Source of the DNA: Bugula neritina
Lineage: Eukaryota; Animalia; Bryozoa
Direction of reading: 5' to 3'
Assembly: GCA_964035545.1 (NCBI GenBank)
Contig: OZ037765.1
Span: 18,848,995-18,912,994, forward strand
DNA length: 64,000 bases
Part shown: in pieces, positions 15,601-28,504 of the stretch
Layout of the letters: each line of letters begins with the position of its first letter
How positions within the stretch are numbered: position 1 is the first letter of the stretch
Made by a program: the position numbers and the translations under genes
The notes under the pieces: model-generated
Told to the model about the DNA's origin: nothing
Database searches by the model: none
The model's input: the letters and a program-made list of their open reading frames with translations, nothing else

Positions 15601-15697
15601 AACATTCTGTGAACAGTTGATGCAGTTCAGTACTGGCTATGAGCAAGACTTGTACGTCAATCTACTGGAGTCTTTGAAGAAATTCATTCAGAAATAA
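9660..15697 (+). CDS. C1QBP: C1QBP/p32 (MAM33 family) mitochondrial acidic matrix protein; exons 9660-10101, 10521-10665, 11637-11733, 12607-12715, 15114-15208, 15548-15697
   Basis: Basic Ser/Arg-rich presequence, then GDEQFIEFLTKEI..E, ITVKFTVNNSI, SRPEFDVVIKK, EWNNDTY, LDPTMYDMLMLMLEERGI..FC..L..FSTGYEQ..YVNLLE.LKKF. This is the typical MAM33/p32 pattern, and exon phases are consistent. Confidence 0.92.
11751..11825 (+). repeat. 24-bp tandem repeat x3 (TGCCTTGCTGTCACTCAATGCATG) just 3' of a C1QBP splice donor
   Basis: Three identical consecutive units read directly from the sequence. Confidence 0.9.
13618..13715 (+). repeat. Degenerate ~25-bp minisatellite x4 (TGTAGTGRTACT..TGTATGC..)
   Basis: Four imperfect consecutive units in C1QBP intron 4. 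Confidence 0.6.
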
Positions 15698-15991
15698 TTT
15701 GTTTTATCAACATTTATTGGGTGGAAGTTGTGTAAAAGTTATCATATAGCATCTTTTAACAATATTGACTACTGAAATACTGTATAAATAGCAATAAAAA
15801 TAATTCTCTGACAAAACAATATAGCTTGTTATGCAGTGTATAAAAATGCCAATAAATAATGCTGCAGTACCACACCTAGTAATAATTTTAGCTAAATAGT
15901 ACATGCAAGATTGAGCAATGACAAAATTACGTCCACTAATGACCAGGAAAAGAGGTTTCGCAGGCTTCTGTAGCTGAATGCATAAAGCAGT

Positions 15992-16568
15992 TTATTCGGC
16001 GCAAATCTCTGTGTCGCCATCTTGACACGGGTTCATGCAGTCTTTCATGCTGTAGATGTTGCCTTGTACAAAGCACCTGATGCATTTACCCAAGCAATTT
16101 TCTGTATTTCTGCGTAACCTTTCTAGTACCACTGAACTTGCTTCATGGCTGTTGTGTTTTCTAACTTCAATCTTAAAAACAAATATGGCAACTTAAGGCT
16201 AATGTACTGTACTTATAGAACTAAAAATTGTTTCCTAAACTAAATTGAATATTTTTAAAACTTCCATAAAAAATACTTTAAATTCAAAGCCAGACTATTA
16301 CAGAAATGAACATACTATGTTCTGAAGACGCAATTTAATACATGCACATAATTAAATAGCATTGTATAAAAAGGAACTTTCCAAGTAATAAAATTAACTT
16401 CTGTAAAGTCAAATTGCAAAAATTAATTTTGAAGTAAGTGTGTTAGTGTAAATATTCCTTTCAGAAACTTACCTGCTGAGTAGTAGTAGGTGCTGCATTG
16501 ATGCAAGAACAAATAATAGCAATCAAAAGCACAATTGTGATAGCAAGAAATGTATTTATGGTTTTCAT
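15992..16568 (-). CDS. Secreted six-cysteine peptide precursor (91 aa) with eclosion-hormone-like Cys framework; exons 16568-16473 and 16171-15992
   Basis: MKTINTFLAITIVLLIAIICSCINA-APTTTQQ|IEVRKHNSHEASSVVLE-RLRR-NTENCLGKCIRCFVQGNIYSMKDCMNPCQDGDTEICAE*. Contains a signal peptide, a perfect CAG|GTAAGT donor, a TTTTTAAG acceptor, a phase-0 intron, a furin site and 6 Cys. Confidence 0.85.
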
Positions 16569-16662
16569 TTTTGCTTTTAGCTGAATAAAATTGGGAATAT
16601 TTTTCGCCAGTTGTGTTTATAAGTATTCTTATTAAAAATGAAAAAAGTGATGTTGCACTGCC

Positions 16663-16670
16663 CTTATATA
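16663..16670 (-). promoter_or_regulatory. Candidate TATA box (TATATAAG) of the peptide gene
   Basis: Consensus TATA in GC-richer flanks (GGCAG-TATATAAG-GGCAG) ~100 nt upstream of the ATG. Confidence 0.5.
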
Positions 16671-19600
16671 CTGCCGATTAATGAATAATGGTGGTAGGCG
16701 TGAGCTTAACCACCGAGAGAAAATTTGTTAATTTAAACGAAGATGATTGTCCCGAACGCATTTCTTGCGCCATACTGCATTACATCACATAAAAATATTG
16801 CTTGCTTGTGAATAATCATAGCAAACATATGAAAAGGTAAATTATTACTGGTTTTAATTACTGGCTTCCTTTATAACAGTTCTGAATGTATCTAGTATGC
16901 ACTGGTATTCATTTAATCTAAAGTCCATTGGCTCTAAATTTTGCAAACCAGTAATGGTTTTCTTATATTACTTGAAATTGTTATCTTGCAAATGAGTAAA
17001 CTAAGACAACAAATAGTCAAAACAAAGGCAAATTAAATTCCTAAAAGAAATATACTCTCATATTGCTTGTGTTATGACACAGTATGTATATTATAGGTTA
17101 CTTAATTTCAGTCACAGCTCACTGCCATTTTATTGAAACTACATATATAATACATAATTAGTCATGTGGCATGATTTATTCATTGTGAGATGGAAAATGT
17201 CTGGGTCTGGATTATAGATTTAATAAACAGCAATATATTATGCTATGCAAGCAATATGTTGAATCTAACTTTAAAACAAACTTTCAATACATGCAATGCA
17301 GTAGATTTGTGAACGCACAGAAAATACTTTTTAAGCAATTTCTTCTTCAATGTGATGTGATGGTGACATTAAAAACTAAAGTTTTTCTATTGAAAAGTTT
17401 ATGAAAAAGTTTTTAAAATGAAATTATAAGCTGTAGCCCTAATTCACTGAATATTATATTCCCCCTTTTACCTCCTTTTATGTATTAGCTGTTAATGTTT
17501 GACAAATTTTTTGGCACAATGAAGTTTTTTTGAAACCAACTAAAACTAATTGGAAACTAATGCTTCTATTGATAATATTAGAAGAAATAGAGTTCTGTTG
17601 TTTATTTACTTTAAAATGATTGTACATAATAATTTCATATCCTGATTTTATATTTAGCCACCGCAGTTTTAAGTGATTTATAAATAAATACAACAATGTG
17701 GCCATTTGTTCAGGCAATATTTAGATGTATCCTATCCAAGGTACAAATTATAGGACTTTGATGTCAGCTCTAGGTCAAAAAATCCGGACATACATGGCAG
17801 CTTCATATGTCTGTAAATGATTTTGGTAATTAAAACAATGCATTTCAAAATAGAACTTATGCTTATATATTGTAATATCATTCTTTAAAAACATCCTATG
17901 TACTCATAATATAGTTGTTATAATTGATGCCCACACGTTCAACTTTGGAATAATATATTATATAACACATTATAAATGATTACTCAGGAATTCGGTGTTT
18001 TGCCTACGCTCAAACGAAAATTAAAAAAATGTGTTATAAATGGGATATTTTAAGCACAGCTTAACAACTTGTTGAAAAAATTAGCTCCAAAATAATAACT
18101 CAAAATCTTGTTTTATTTTCTCTATTTTCATTTTGCTAAGGGTATAATTTCTCTGAAATACATGACTTCAAGCTCTGTTATAGACCTGAAAACTAATTTT
18201 TACCAGTCCAGGATGCTTGCTTTTAGTGGCTTAATTTGTAGAAAAACAAACATCTAGCTAAATATAACAAATAATACTAAAAAAAGGGTTTTTACTTGTT
18301 TTGTGGTGAAAAAATAAAGATATTTCAACAGTTTTATCTAATCCAAATAGACAGGGCCATGTTTTAAATCTCTTTATTTGCTTTTTTCCTATTAAAAACA
18401 TTTAATTACACAATAAATTTTAGGGCGAATCAACAAACTAGGACAGCAGTTAAAGTACAGTACTGTGATATGAAGGAAGTATGAATCCCAAAATCCCTTT
18501 TTGGCATTTTGTGTACTATTAGCTTCAACTCTCTTTAGCAGTCCAAAATGTTCAGTATCTAAGCTGCATTGTCAGTCCTAAAATTAAAGAAATGTGAAAC
18601 ATGTTTTAAGTTAAAACTTTACTTGCCAGTTACAGCAGTTGCATCAAAGAGATTGTAGGCCCATAGAATTTTAGTGAATGATAGCTATATATAGCTATAG
18701 CTGTGTAATATTGATGCATATATTAACGGATGAACATTATTATATAATATATCTGAATTATGTACATAATAAATGAAGGAACGCGAGAAAACTTAAATTT
18801 TAGTATAAAAAAATATGAGCAGATGTTTTGACTATGAAATTATTTCTTTGCAACTGTTGATAGTATTCACTTTCTAATGTATACTACATTCCTATATATG
18901 AGCAATTATTGAGATACTTTATTACTTCTAATGCTGACTCCTGTCTCATATAGTTTGCAGTGTAATTTGAAATAGAGTAATAATACACATATATCTGCGG
19001 ACTAGCAAGTGTTGGTGAAGTATATCAAAAGTACTTGGGTTAAACATATCGAATTTCACTTACATTCGACAATATTTTTTAGATTTGGAAGCAACTTTTT
19101 GCCTTGACATTGTATGACCCAATTTATTGACAATTTTATATCAACTCACATTAAATATTTAATAAATGCCTAAATGCTCAAAACAGTGTTTTTCAAATGA
19201 TATGTAATTTGTGTAAAGATAGTTACTGTTCAAAAGATACTAAAGAAGCCAGGTGTTAAACAAGTTATTGTTAAGCTCCATATTAAACAATTTTAATAAC
19301 TGTTTTTCTTTGCTATTTAAAGTCACAAATGAATTACAAAAATGAGGTCCACCAAACGAAGTATGACTCATAGATGTATAAATACATCAGAGCTCCTGAA
19401 ACTAGTGGTGATTCTTGAATGAAGTTATAAGTTGGATTATGGTTCAAGGTAGGTCTGTACATGTTAGGCCGTTATAAAAATACAATTCAATACATCCAAC
19501 AGAAAAACAGCGCTGCATAATTGATGTCAAATGTCTTTCTTTATAAACTTATTATGTTATAAAAATGAACAAATAGTAATCATGATATAATTTGAAAAAC

Positions 19601-22600
19601 TAACATTATGCTGAATATTAGTCGTATTTTGCATCAATAATTGACTACAAGTACAGAACCTTGTACTTAGAACTGTAATTGCACTAATAGTAAAACTCCT
19701 GATGATAGCTACACAGTGTATATCTACATATATAATGTAAAATTAGCACTCGTTTATGAGAGTCTGCAATTGGCGTTATGTAAGCGTAATGTGCTTTATA
19801 ATTTGGTAAATGCTGTTGATCTGATATATGGTGTAGTGTTGCCACCTTTCAGATTGAAAATTTTTTGCATAGTCAACTTATATCTGCACAGTACGCACAT
19901 TAATGTGCAATTTAAAAAGTATTAGTTGTGGAGTTGTCTTTTACTACATCGAATAATGCAATAAGTAGTTCTTGCTCTATCTGGTATAAAACAATCTCAA
20001 TGATTTAATCTAACCAGAACAGAGTGTTAACTTTTACATTACTTGAGAGGCCACTTTTACACCATTTCAAAATGAGTCAGATTAAATTAGCAGTCAATGT
20101 TGGCTGTTGTATTTTTAAATTGCAATAAATATACATTTTATGAGTTTATAAGTTGAAGTTTCGATTGTTTCTATGTCAATTTAAGAACATTGAAATTATT
20201 TTTATAAGTGATGCAGCTAACTATACAGCTATTAATAAATTATATAATACTTTTAATCACATTTTACTGCATAGTGTAACTATAAGACACACACTGGGTT
20301 TTATCCACTCTCATTGCACTATGACCCTCTGTAGTTGTTATAATGTACATGTTGCTAAGATATAGGTAGACTATTTTATTTATCAAGATACTCCTATATC
20401 ACATTGCAAATAGCAATGCAAACATTATTATGTATAATAATGTTTATCTTCCATCTTATTTTTGAATGTAATGAATGTGTGACACAAAATCACTATTGAC
20501 ATGAATAAGAGACTATTGCCAATAATAAACTTCATTGCTGCAAAAAACACTCCTGAAGTAACTCAATCATCACAATCATTCTGAGTTGAGCATTCCTACT
20601 GTTAGCACTAAGAATGTATACGGCAAGATTTATTGTGATACTAAGTATACTATTGTGGCACACTGCTGCAGGCGCTGATCCTGTTGTACAGCTGAGTCAT
20701 GGAGGACAGTTGAAAGGAAAATCTCTAACTTACAATAACACAGATGTAGCCATCTTTTTAGGTATAGTAATAGTAATGAGATATGTTTTTGCATTATACA
20801 TCGTAATAAACAAATATGTTAATTAGAAATATATAGGGGAGACAATCGCTATTACTATTTATTATTGTTGTGCACAATGAAAGCTAGCCAAAGGAATAAT
20901 ATGTTTATATATTTTACATATGGGATTCCTAAGATAATTTATTAAAAGCTATGTAGTTTTATCAATCATTTGTATGGCAATTCAAGCTTTAAATTTTTTG
21001 ATGCTAGTATGCACTAATTATATTTAGGAAAAATGTATGAAGAGAATGCATGCAGTTTTATACGATGAAAAAAAAGCGTTTGATATTATCGAAAGTTTTG
21101 TTTAATGATTTAGTGATAACAATTGGTTAAGCATTTTTAAACTTTCCATACAACACTTGTCTAACGTTTGCAGCTTATATTGCATTTATTGTCATTGTTT
21201 TATTGCATGAGACTTTGTTTGGTCAGTATAGTTTGAGTTTTTTGGCAATACAAACATTTTGAAACAAATTCATACTTACATTAAGCTTCTATAGAAAAGT
21301 TCTATATTGCAAACCAGAAGCTCCATTGCTGACAATCTTTGATGTTATATGCTCTGAACTAATTAACTGAAAATTCTTTAAAGGAATACCATATGCTGAG
21401 GCACCAGTTGGGAAACTACGATTTAAAAAGCCAGAGGCCTATCCTTCTTGGGAGGGAGTAAAAAATGCAACCACTCAAACAGCAAACTGTCCAAACATAG
21501 ACGTGATTTTACCGGGTAATTTACAAATTCTGATAATGTTTTGCTAAACAATGAAACAATTGGCTATAATTTCATTGTAAAATTTACTCCATTACGAGTG
21601 GCAAATGTAATTGATTTCCTTGCAACTAGTTGAGGTGATTAAACTATGAGGAGTTGGTGAATGCTCATCAGTATACATGTAATTACTATCAATACATAAA
21701 TATGAATATTTCTTTAGCTATTGATAATTTTCAAATCTTCTTTCTAGCAATGCCTATAATTAAAAAGCGTTATATTGTTGTGAATTTAAGCTTCACTGTT
21801 TATTATCAGGTCTATTTAGGCAAAGCTATTACGCCAGGTTTACGATTGCTAACACTTTATTCTACTTATTAAACACGCTAAGATAAAACTTCACAATACC
21901 CAAAACAAGAATTTACAAATGTAGACGCCGTGCCATGATGCATATAGGGAATAAGCAACGAGGAATTGTCTTTTCAACATATAACAATTCAAAATCTCTA
22001 CAATATGAAACTTAAGCATTATACAAAAACAAGAATGTTATCCTTGTTACACCATGCTGCTCTTATTTTATGAATTTTATTTTCAAAAACCAGCAATTGA
22101 AAATCTTGTAACTATACTCATGGCAATCTTTATATCTTTATTCATTTTAAAAACTTTAAAAGATGAGCTTTATGCATGAAACTTTCCTCCAAAAGTTGTT
22201 TTCTCATACAAGTTCGTTTATAATCAAAGTGACAGAAAGTGTTTAGCCGTTTCTAATTTCACAGATGAAGCTTAAGATATGGTTTCTATAATAGTTTAAA
22301 ACTATGTATCTGATTCCCCTTCAAGAAGATTAAGCTTTCAGTTACTGCGAGATGCTTTATTCAATACCATCAATACTGGAAAGAATTTCAAGCTAGTTAT
22401 CTACATGATTATTAGCTAAACTGCTATTTAGTGTAAAAATAATAAAAAAATTAATTTTAAGGTCAAGTTGTTCAACACATGACATTTTGTGAGAATGTAG
22501 ACTTATTACCCAACCCAATTATGTAAATGTTGGGCAAACTTTCAAAGAAAACTCATTCAACCTTTCTCAACCTCATTCAGCCTTTTTCTAAAACTATCAA

Positions 22601-23275
22601 TTTTGGTTTTGTAGCTATTTAGAATGTTATAAAAAAGTGACTGTGCATAGCTGTAAATTTTGTTATAGCTTGCTATATTGTAGTTGGCACTCAGCAGTAA
22701 CCACCTATATATGCAGTTAGAAGCTATAGGTTAAACCATAATATACTGTTTCTGTAATACTATTTTATTTGTAGAAAACTTCTCAAATTCTCTCTTGTTA
22801 TTGACAGCTCAAATTATCTTTTGTTATTGACAGCTTAAATTCGCTGATTCTGTACAAATGTAATTGTATTATCTCATACCAGAAACAAAAAACCTTGTGT
22901 CGTACTTGATACTTTTTTATTGATATAACTATTTTGCCAGATACAAAGGTCTCTTCTGTAGACTGGCTGACTAAACTGATAACATTCATAACCAGAGTTA
23001 CTAAAAAAAGATGTCGTATTTCAGATGGCTGCTATAGAATTACTACAATTACATAATACCAAAATGGCCTTTCGCAATAAAGCTATAGCTAAACTTAGAA
23101 CAAACCATTTTTGTTGTTGACACTCGAGCAGTGGTGAATCAGCCCAGTAATGACTGCCATAAACAGCACAGGTAGCCAATGATCCAATCAAGTGAGGCTG
23201 TCAAAATACCCAGCTCACCAAGAAGGTTCACCCATGCTCAAGCAGATTGAGGTCAAACTCCAACAAAGACACACG

Positions 23276-23425
23276 AATTGTTCTACAAACAGCTCTGAAT
23301 TGGGGGTAAAAGACAATTTAAGTTTGGGGTCTCAAGTTTGGAGTTGGGGACCCATCTCCAAACTTGAGACCCTCAAACTAAAATCGTTATTTACTCTCCA
23401 ACTCAGAGCTGCTTATAGAACAATT
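23276..23425. mobile_element. 150-bp foldback/palindromic MITE-like element
   Basis: AATTGTTCTACAAACAGCTCTGAATTGG...GTTTGGGGTCTCAAGTTTGGAG-loop-CTCCAAACTTGAGACCCTCAAAC...CCAACTCAGAGCTGCTTATAGAACAATT; almost entirely self-complementary. Confidence 0.75.
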
Positions 23426-23749
23426 TAATACACATACATTAGTGTCCTAACGGGACTAGCATCCATTGCAAAGTATTTATTAATAAAAACCATACATTGT
23501 TATAGATGCATATATTAAGCTTGAAATATTGATTGATCAAGCAAATAGAACAAATGCTGCAATAACTAATAATTTTTTTTACTGAAAATGTCCCTAGCAG
23601 TGGATGCACATAGACTTAAAGCTGAAATTTGCATAGCAGAAATAAAACAACATTGCTGTATGCAGATAGGGCATTGTATGTAAAGCATAACCATATTTTA
23701 TTTGTCAGCAATAGCAAGTAAGTTGCTTAAAACAATATAAGCAGTATAA

Positions 23750-26530
23750 TTCAAAATAAACATTACTGACGCCATGGGTTGAAAGTTTCACCACAAGTGC
23801 AAATTTTACTCCATAAATTTTACTCACTATGCTATCTGGAGTGGCTCTAGCCATTAAAACTGAACTTATGTGAACACTAATAGAGGAACTAAAAGAGATC
23901 AGTGGCAGAATTATGATCCTCAGAGTCCCTTTGTCTGATAACAGATGGTACACAGTGATAGCTGTCTATGCTGCCATGATGACAAAGTCAAGAAAACATC
24001 AATAAATTTTACTGTGAGCTGAAAAAGACGCTAAAAACAGTCCCTACATTTGATAAAATCATCCCTATGGGCGATTTCAATGCCACAGTGGGCTAGGACC
24101 ATTTCATCTGGCTCGGTGTGATAAGAAAGTTTAGTCATGAAAAACTCAACACAAACAGAGAACTACCTCTCTCAACATTACTCAGCATCACCAACACCTT
24201 CTTCTAGCACAAACAGCTCATAACTACTTAAGGATGCACTTGAAAAGCAAACATTGGGACCTCATCGACTTTTTCATCACATGTCAATGTGATCCGCCAA
24301 AAGTTCTGCATGGATACAAGAGGGATGAAAAGAGCAAACTCTAGTACTGACAAAAATCATGATAAGATCTACATCAACCCTGAAGGTGAGAAAGAAAATG
24401 AAAATGTAGAGGATGCTCCATCTATCACAGTCCATATATATGTATTTAGCTCATATGGCAATGAAGTAGCGCTTTATTTTGCAAGATCCTTTCTCAACCT
24501 CTTTTGCAGTGCATATTTAGAACTAGCATAAAAAATTGCTCCTTCTAGTAAAATTTTGGTCATAGATTGTTGATGTGCAATAAATAAAGTAAAATGACTC
24601 TTATCAAAGTTTGCAATTGGGCTGAGACTAGTACACTATCCAGAAACACCCAATCTACCAAAGGCAAATACAGAACAATTGGCAGGAAGCTCACTGCAAA
24701 ATGTAGTGAATTGAATAATGATTGGTTACTAGCAAAAGCAGCAGGACTTCAAATTTTAGCAGATACAAATGATATGAGAGGATTATATAAGAGCATGAGG
24801 GCTGTCTGGTGCCAACATATCAGCCACCCGGTTACTCGCAAGCAACGATACCTCACAATAGATAGACATAGCATTTCAGCAATATATCAAGATGCCATTG
24901 ACAATCTGAGACAAGCTGCTTTTCAAAACTGAATAAATGGATGCCCGGAAATTGATTAGATCTCCATGACTATTGAGATGATTAGTAATGGTGAATAACC
25001 CAGTTTTGACGAGATTCATCGTGAAGCCATCAATAGGGGAAATCCAAAACTGCTAAATGCTCTTCATAAGATTTCTCAAAAAATCTGAAACACTGCTACA
25101 GTTTTTCAAGAATGAAACAATACCAGGTTGTTATCATTCTCAAGAAGGGTGATTAAAAACTATGCGGTAAATACAGAGAGATCTCTCTCGGATCTGTTTC
25201 TTGAAAGGCTTTTGCACGAATCTTGCTCAATAGACTGTAATTGTATGCTTAAGGGCTCCTACCCAAAGATCAGTGTGAATTTTGGAGTGGAAAAAGTACA
25301 ATTCAGACATAATTTTCTCCTTGAAACAACTCTATGAAAAAGGCAATGAAAAAATTATGCCCTTGCATGTACATAAACTTCATCAATTTCACTGAAGCGT
25401 TTGACGTCGTTGACCAGACTACTCTGTAAAAAATTTTTCTGCATGAAGCTGAAATTTCCAAGTTCTCTTACTGATCTTATCAGCGCTTTTTATAATGACA
25501 TGAAAACCTCAATTAAACTAAAGGATGAGTTTTCTAGTCAATTTCAAGTCAACAATGTCATCAAACAAGGATGTATGCTGGCTACCAGTTTATTTTCTAT
25601 ATTCCTGTTAACTGCTTTGCATCAGGCCGCGTGACTGCAACAAGAGCGCATGAATTTAGAGCAGTTTTGGAGTAGATTTGTTCAATGTCACACAGTGTTA
25701 GTCTGCAATAACAACTAGAAGAGGCCTGGTACCAGAGCTTATGTTTGCTGATGACACTGCCAACCATGATGATGCTCAGTAGATTGTTAACAGAATTGCT
25801 ACATCTGCACTTAAGATGGATGTTAGGAAAGCGGAGATGCTGTATCAACTAGTCCCGGGAATGATGATGAAAGCTAGTCTATATATGCATCAATAACGAG
25901 CAGCTAGCCAGTGCTCATAAGCTCACCTCTGATCTACGGTCATGAACGGCAACAAGATAGTTGAAGAGCTCAACATGTATTAGGATGTCAACCGCCTCAA
26001 TCTCATATGGCAGGCTAAAAGAAAAAGTCTGACACAGCAAGGCCTTATGTTCAAGACAAAGTGCTCGGTATACAAAGCAGTTGCTCTCTCTTTTCTTTTG
26101 GATGGTGGGGAGGGTTGCCCAGTGTACAAAAAGGAGGCATAAAAACTCAACACCTATATGATGAGACACCTGCAACAAATTGTTAATGTTAAATAGTAGG
26201 ACTTCATCTCAAAAGCTATAAACATCTTCACTTGGGCAACTCTACCCAGCATTTATGAACTTTTAATCTTGAGAACTCTGAGATGGGCTGGTCATATACC
26301 CAGGGTAGATGACTTCAGATTACCCCAAAAAATCCTGTACTCTCACCTCAAAGAAGGTGTGCGTGGTATAATAGACAGCTCCAGAGTGAGGTTTAAGGAC
26401 ACGGTAAATAGAAGCTTCAAAAATAAAAAAAATACTGTCGATAGCTCGCAATCCCTTAGCAGAAAAAAATATCAATGAAGAAACATAGTTCACAAAAGTC
26501 ATCTTCAAATAGAAAAGGATGGTGAATGAT
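23750..26530 (+). mobile_element. Degenerate non-LTR retrotransposon (RTE-clade-like LINE) in intron 2 of esterase copy 1
   Basis: Fragmented AP-endonuclease (VIAVYA, MGDFNATVG), RT (KQGCMLATSLFSIFL, ELMFADD) and C-terminal LRWAGHIPRVDDFRLPQKILYS motifs with many stops and frameshifts. Absent from the paralogous intron of copy 2. Boundaries approximate. Confidence 0.88.
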
Positions 26531-28397
26531 GCTGTCAATTGTAACAAATATCTTAATAGTGTCAGCTTTCAATAAAATATCAAATTTAATGAAAATGTAT
26601 TCTAAATTACAAATAAAGAAAACTTTGTTTTGCAGAAGGACACTTTTTCAGTGAGGATTGTCTGCACCTTGATATCACAGTACCAGGAGAAGTTAACTCT
26701 AATAACAAGAAAGCTGTGATGATTTGGATACATGAAGGAGGATATACGACTGGAGCCAAAAATACATATTTTGGTGCACCTCTGGCTGTAGCTGGGGATG
26801 TGATTGTAGTAGCCATCAATTATAGGCTGGGAATTTTAGGATTTTTATCAAATGGGGCTGGTAAGAAAGTTTTTTTTTATTTGTGAAATTGTTATAAATA
26901 TAATTTATACTAGATGCTAAAATACTGTCTTCTTTGCTTATTCAATAAAAATAGAAATCTTTTTATTTTAATCAAATTAATACAACACTGGGCATATTGG
27001 AATGAGTTATTCGGTCTTGCACAATTTTTGAATAAGTGAAATATTTTCTTGTTGTGTGAGCTCTTAATTTATATATATCTGCGAAGTATCTAAAGAAGAG
27101 CTCAAGAAGATGAAAATGAAATGAAAGAAAATGTCTCATCAAAGCAAAAATATGAGCCAACTTTTTGAGAACATTTTAACAGATTTAAGTAAACTGAATG
27201 AACATGTTGATGATTCTTGTATGGCATACATAGCTGATATGAATAAATGATCAATTTCAAGAAAACTATGTGTTATGTACGGTCATTGAATTTTAAACCT
27301 AAACAACTGTAGTCTTTCAGGGGTAGCTGTATGTATATTTGCTAAATGGGCACTTTGAACATGCCCTGCAAGAAAAGCAAACAAAATTTTTTTAACAACA
27401 AAAACCAACAGTCTTTCTTGTCGCTACTTTTAACCTACAAGCCAAATTTAATCTGCTTGCCTAAAAGCTAAAATTTCTGAATTTAAGGCAATTGCTAAAA
27501 CACAGATTTCTGCAGCACCCAAATATTTTATTTAGAAATATTATAGTACAAATCATGTTTTAAGTTTGATATTATATCTATATCACACAGGCACTGGAAA
27601 CTTTGGTTTGTGGAATCAAAGAGCTGCTATAATGTGGGTAAAAGAAAATATTGACAAGTTTGGTGGAGATCCAGAACTCATTACCATATTTGGACAATCT
27701 ACAGGAGCTGGAAGTGTCTCAGCTCAGATGATGAGTCCACATAACACTGGACTGTTTCAAAGAGCTATTGTTGAAGTATAAGAATTTAAGTTATAGAATA
27801 CCATCAATAGATTTGCTTATGCAAACTAATTTGTCTTTTAACATGAAACATAAAAAACGCATTACATAAAATAATTTTCCACTCTACCTTAATGTAGTTA
27901 ATGTCTGTATTGTGTTAACTTAACAACAGATAACTTGTAAATAGGCATTTGGACATATTATTGTGCTAAACACTCTCTATAATAATATTTTTACTACTTT
28001 GTAGTCCGGGTCTCTTTTCTCACCATGGAGCTGGCATGTTTCACAAAACAACTTGCACAAGTATCAGAATAATATAAAAGAGCATTACGAATGTCCAGAT
28101 AACATGTCAGTTTACACATGCCTAGCTGACAAGACCTTAGAAGAAATATTCTCTATAGAGCTTTTTACATCACTGGCTCCATATAATTACCTTTTCCCTT
28201 TCCCAGATGAGGATTTTTTCTCTAAAGGCATAGTGGCTGAAGTATATAACTTGTCTGGAAGGTATTTTAGGTTTAATTTACTAACAGAGGGCAGACTTGA
28301 GAGGTTAATTATATAGTTTTTGACTTTATAGACTGAAGAACAATATTATGTTTTAGGTAAACCTCTTAAACCACTAAGTCATATTATATAATGTCAT

Positions 28398-28409
28398 ATT
28401 AATATATAT

Positions 28410-28500
<91 letters not shown>
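28398..28500. repeat. (TA)n microsatellite
   Basis: Direct reading. Confidence 0.95.

Positions 28501-28504
<4 letters not shown>

Noticed and set aside
18500-18690. Possible small minus-strand exons upstream of the peptide gene
   Set aside because: The splice-like sites give only short frames with early stops; unsupported.
23120-23190. HDV-like ribozyme at an RTE 5' end (GCAGT..ACTGC..GCCAATGA)
   Set aside because: Only partial helices could be formed, with no convincing P3/L3/P1.1; needs a covariance-model search.
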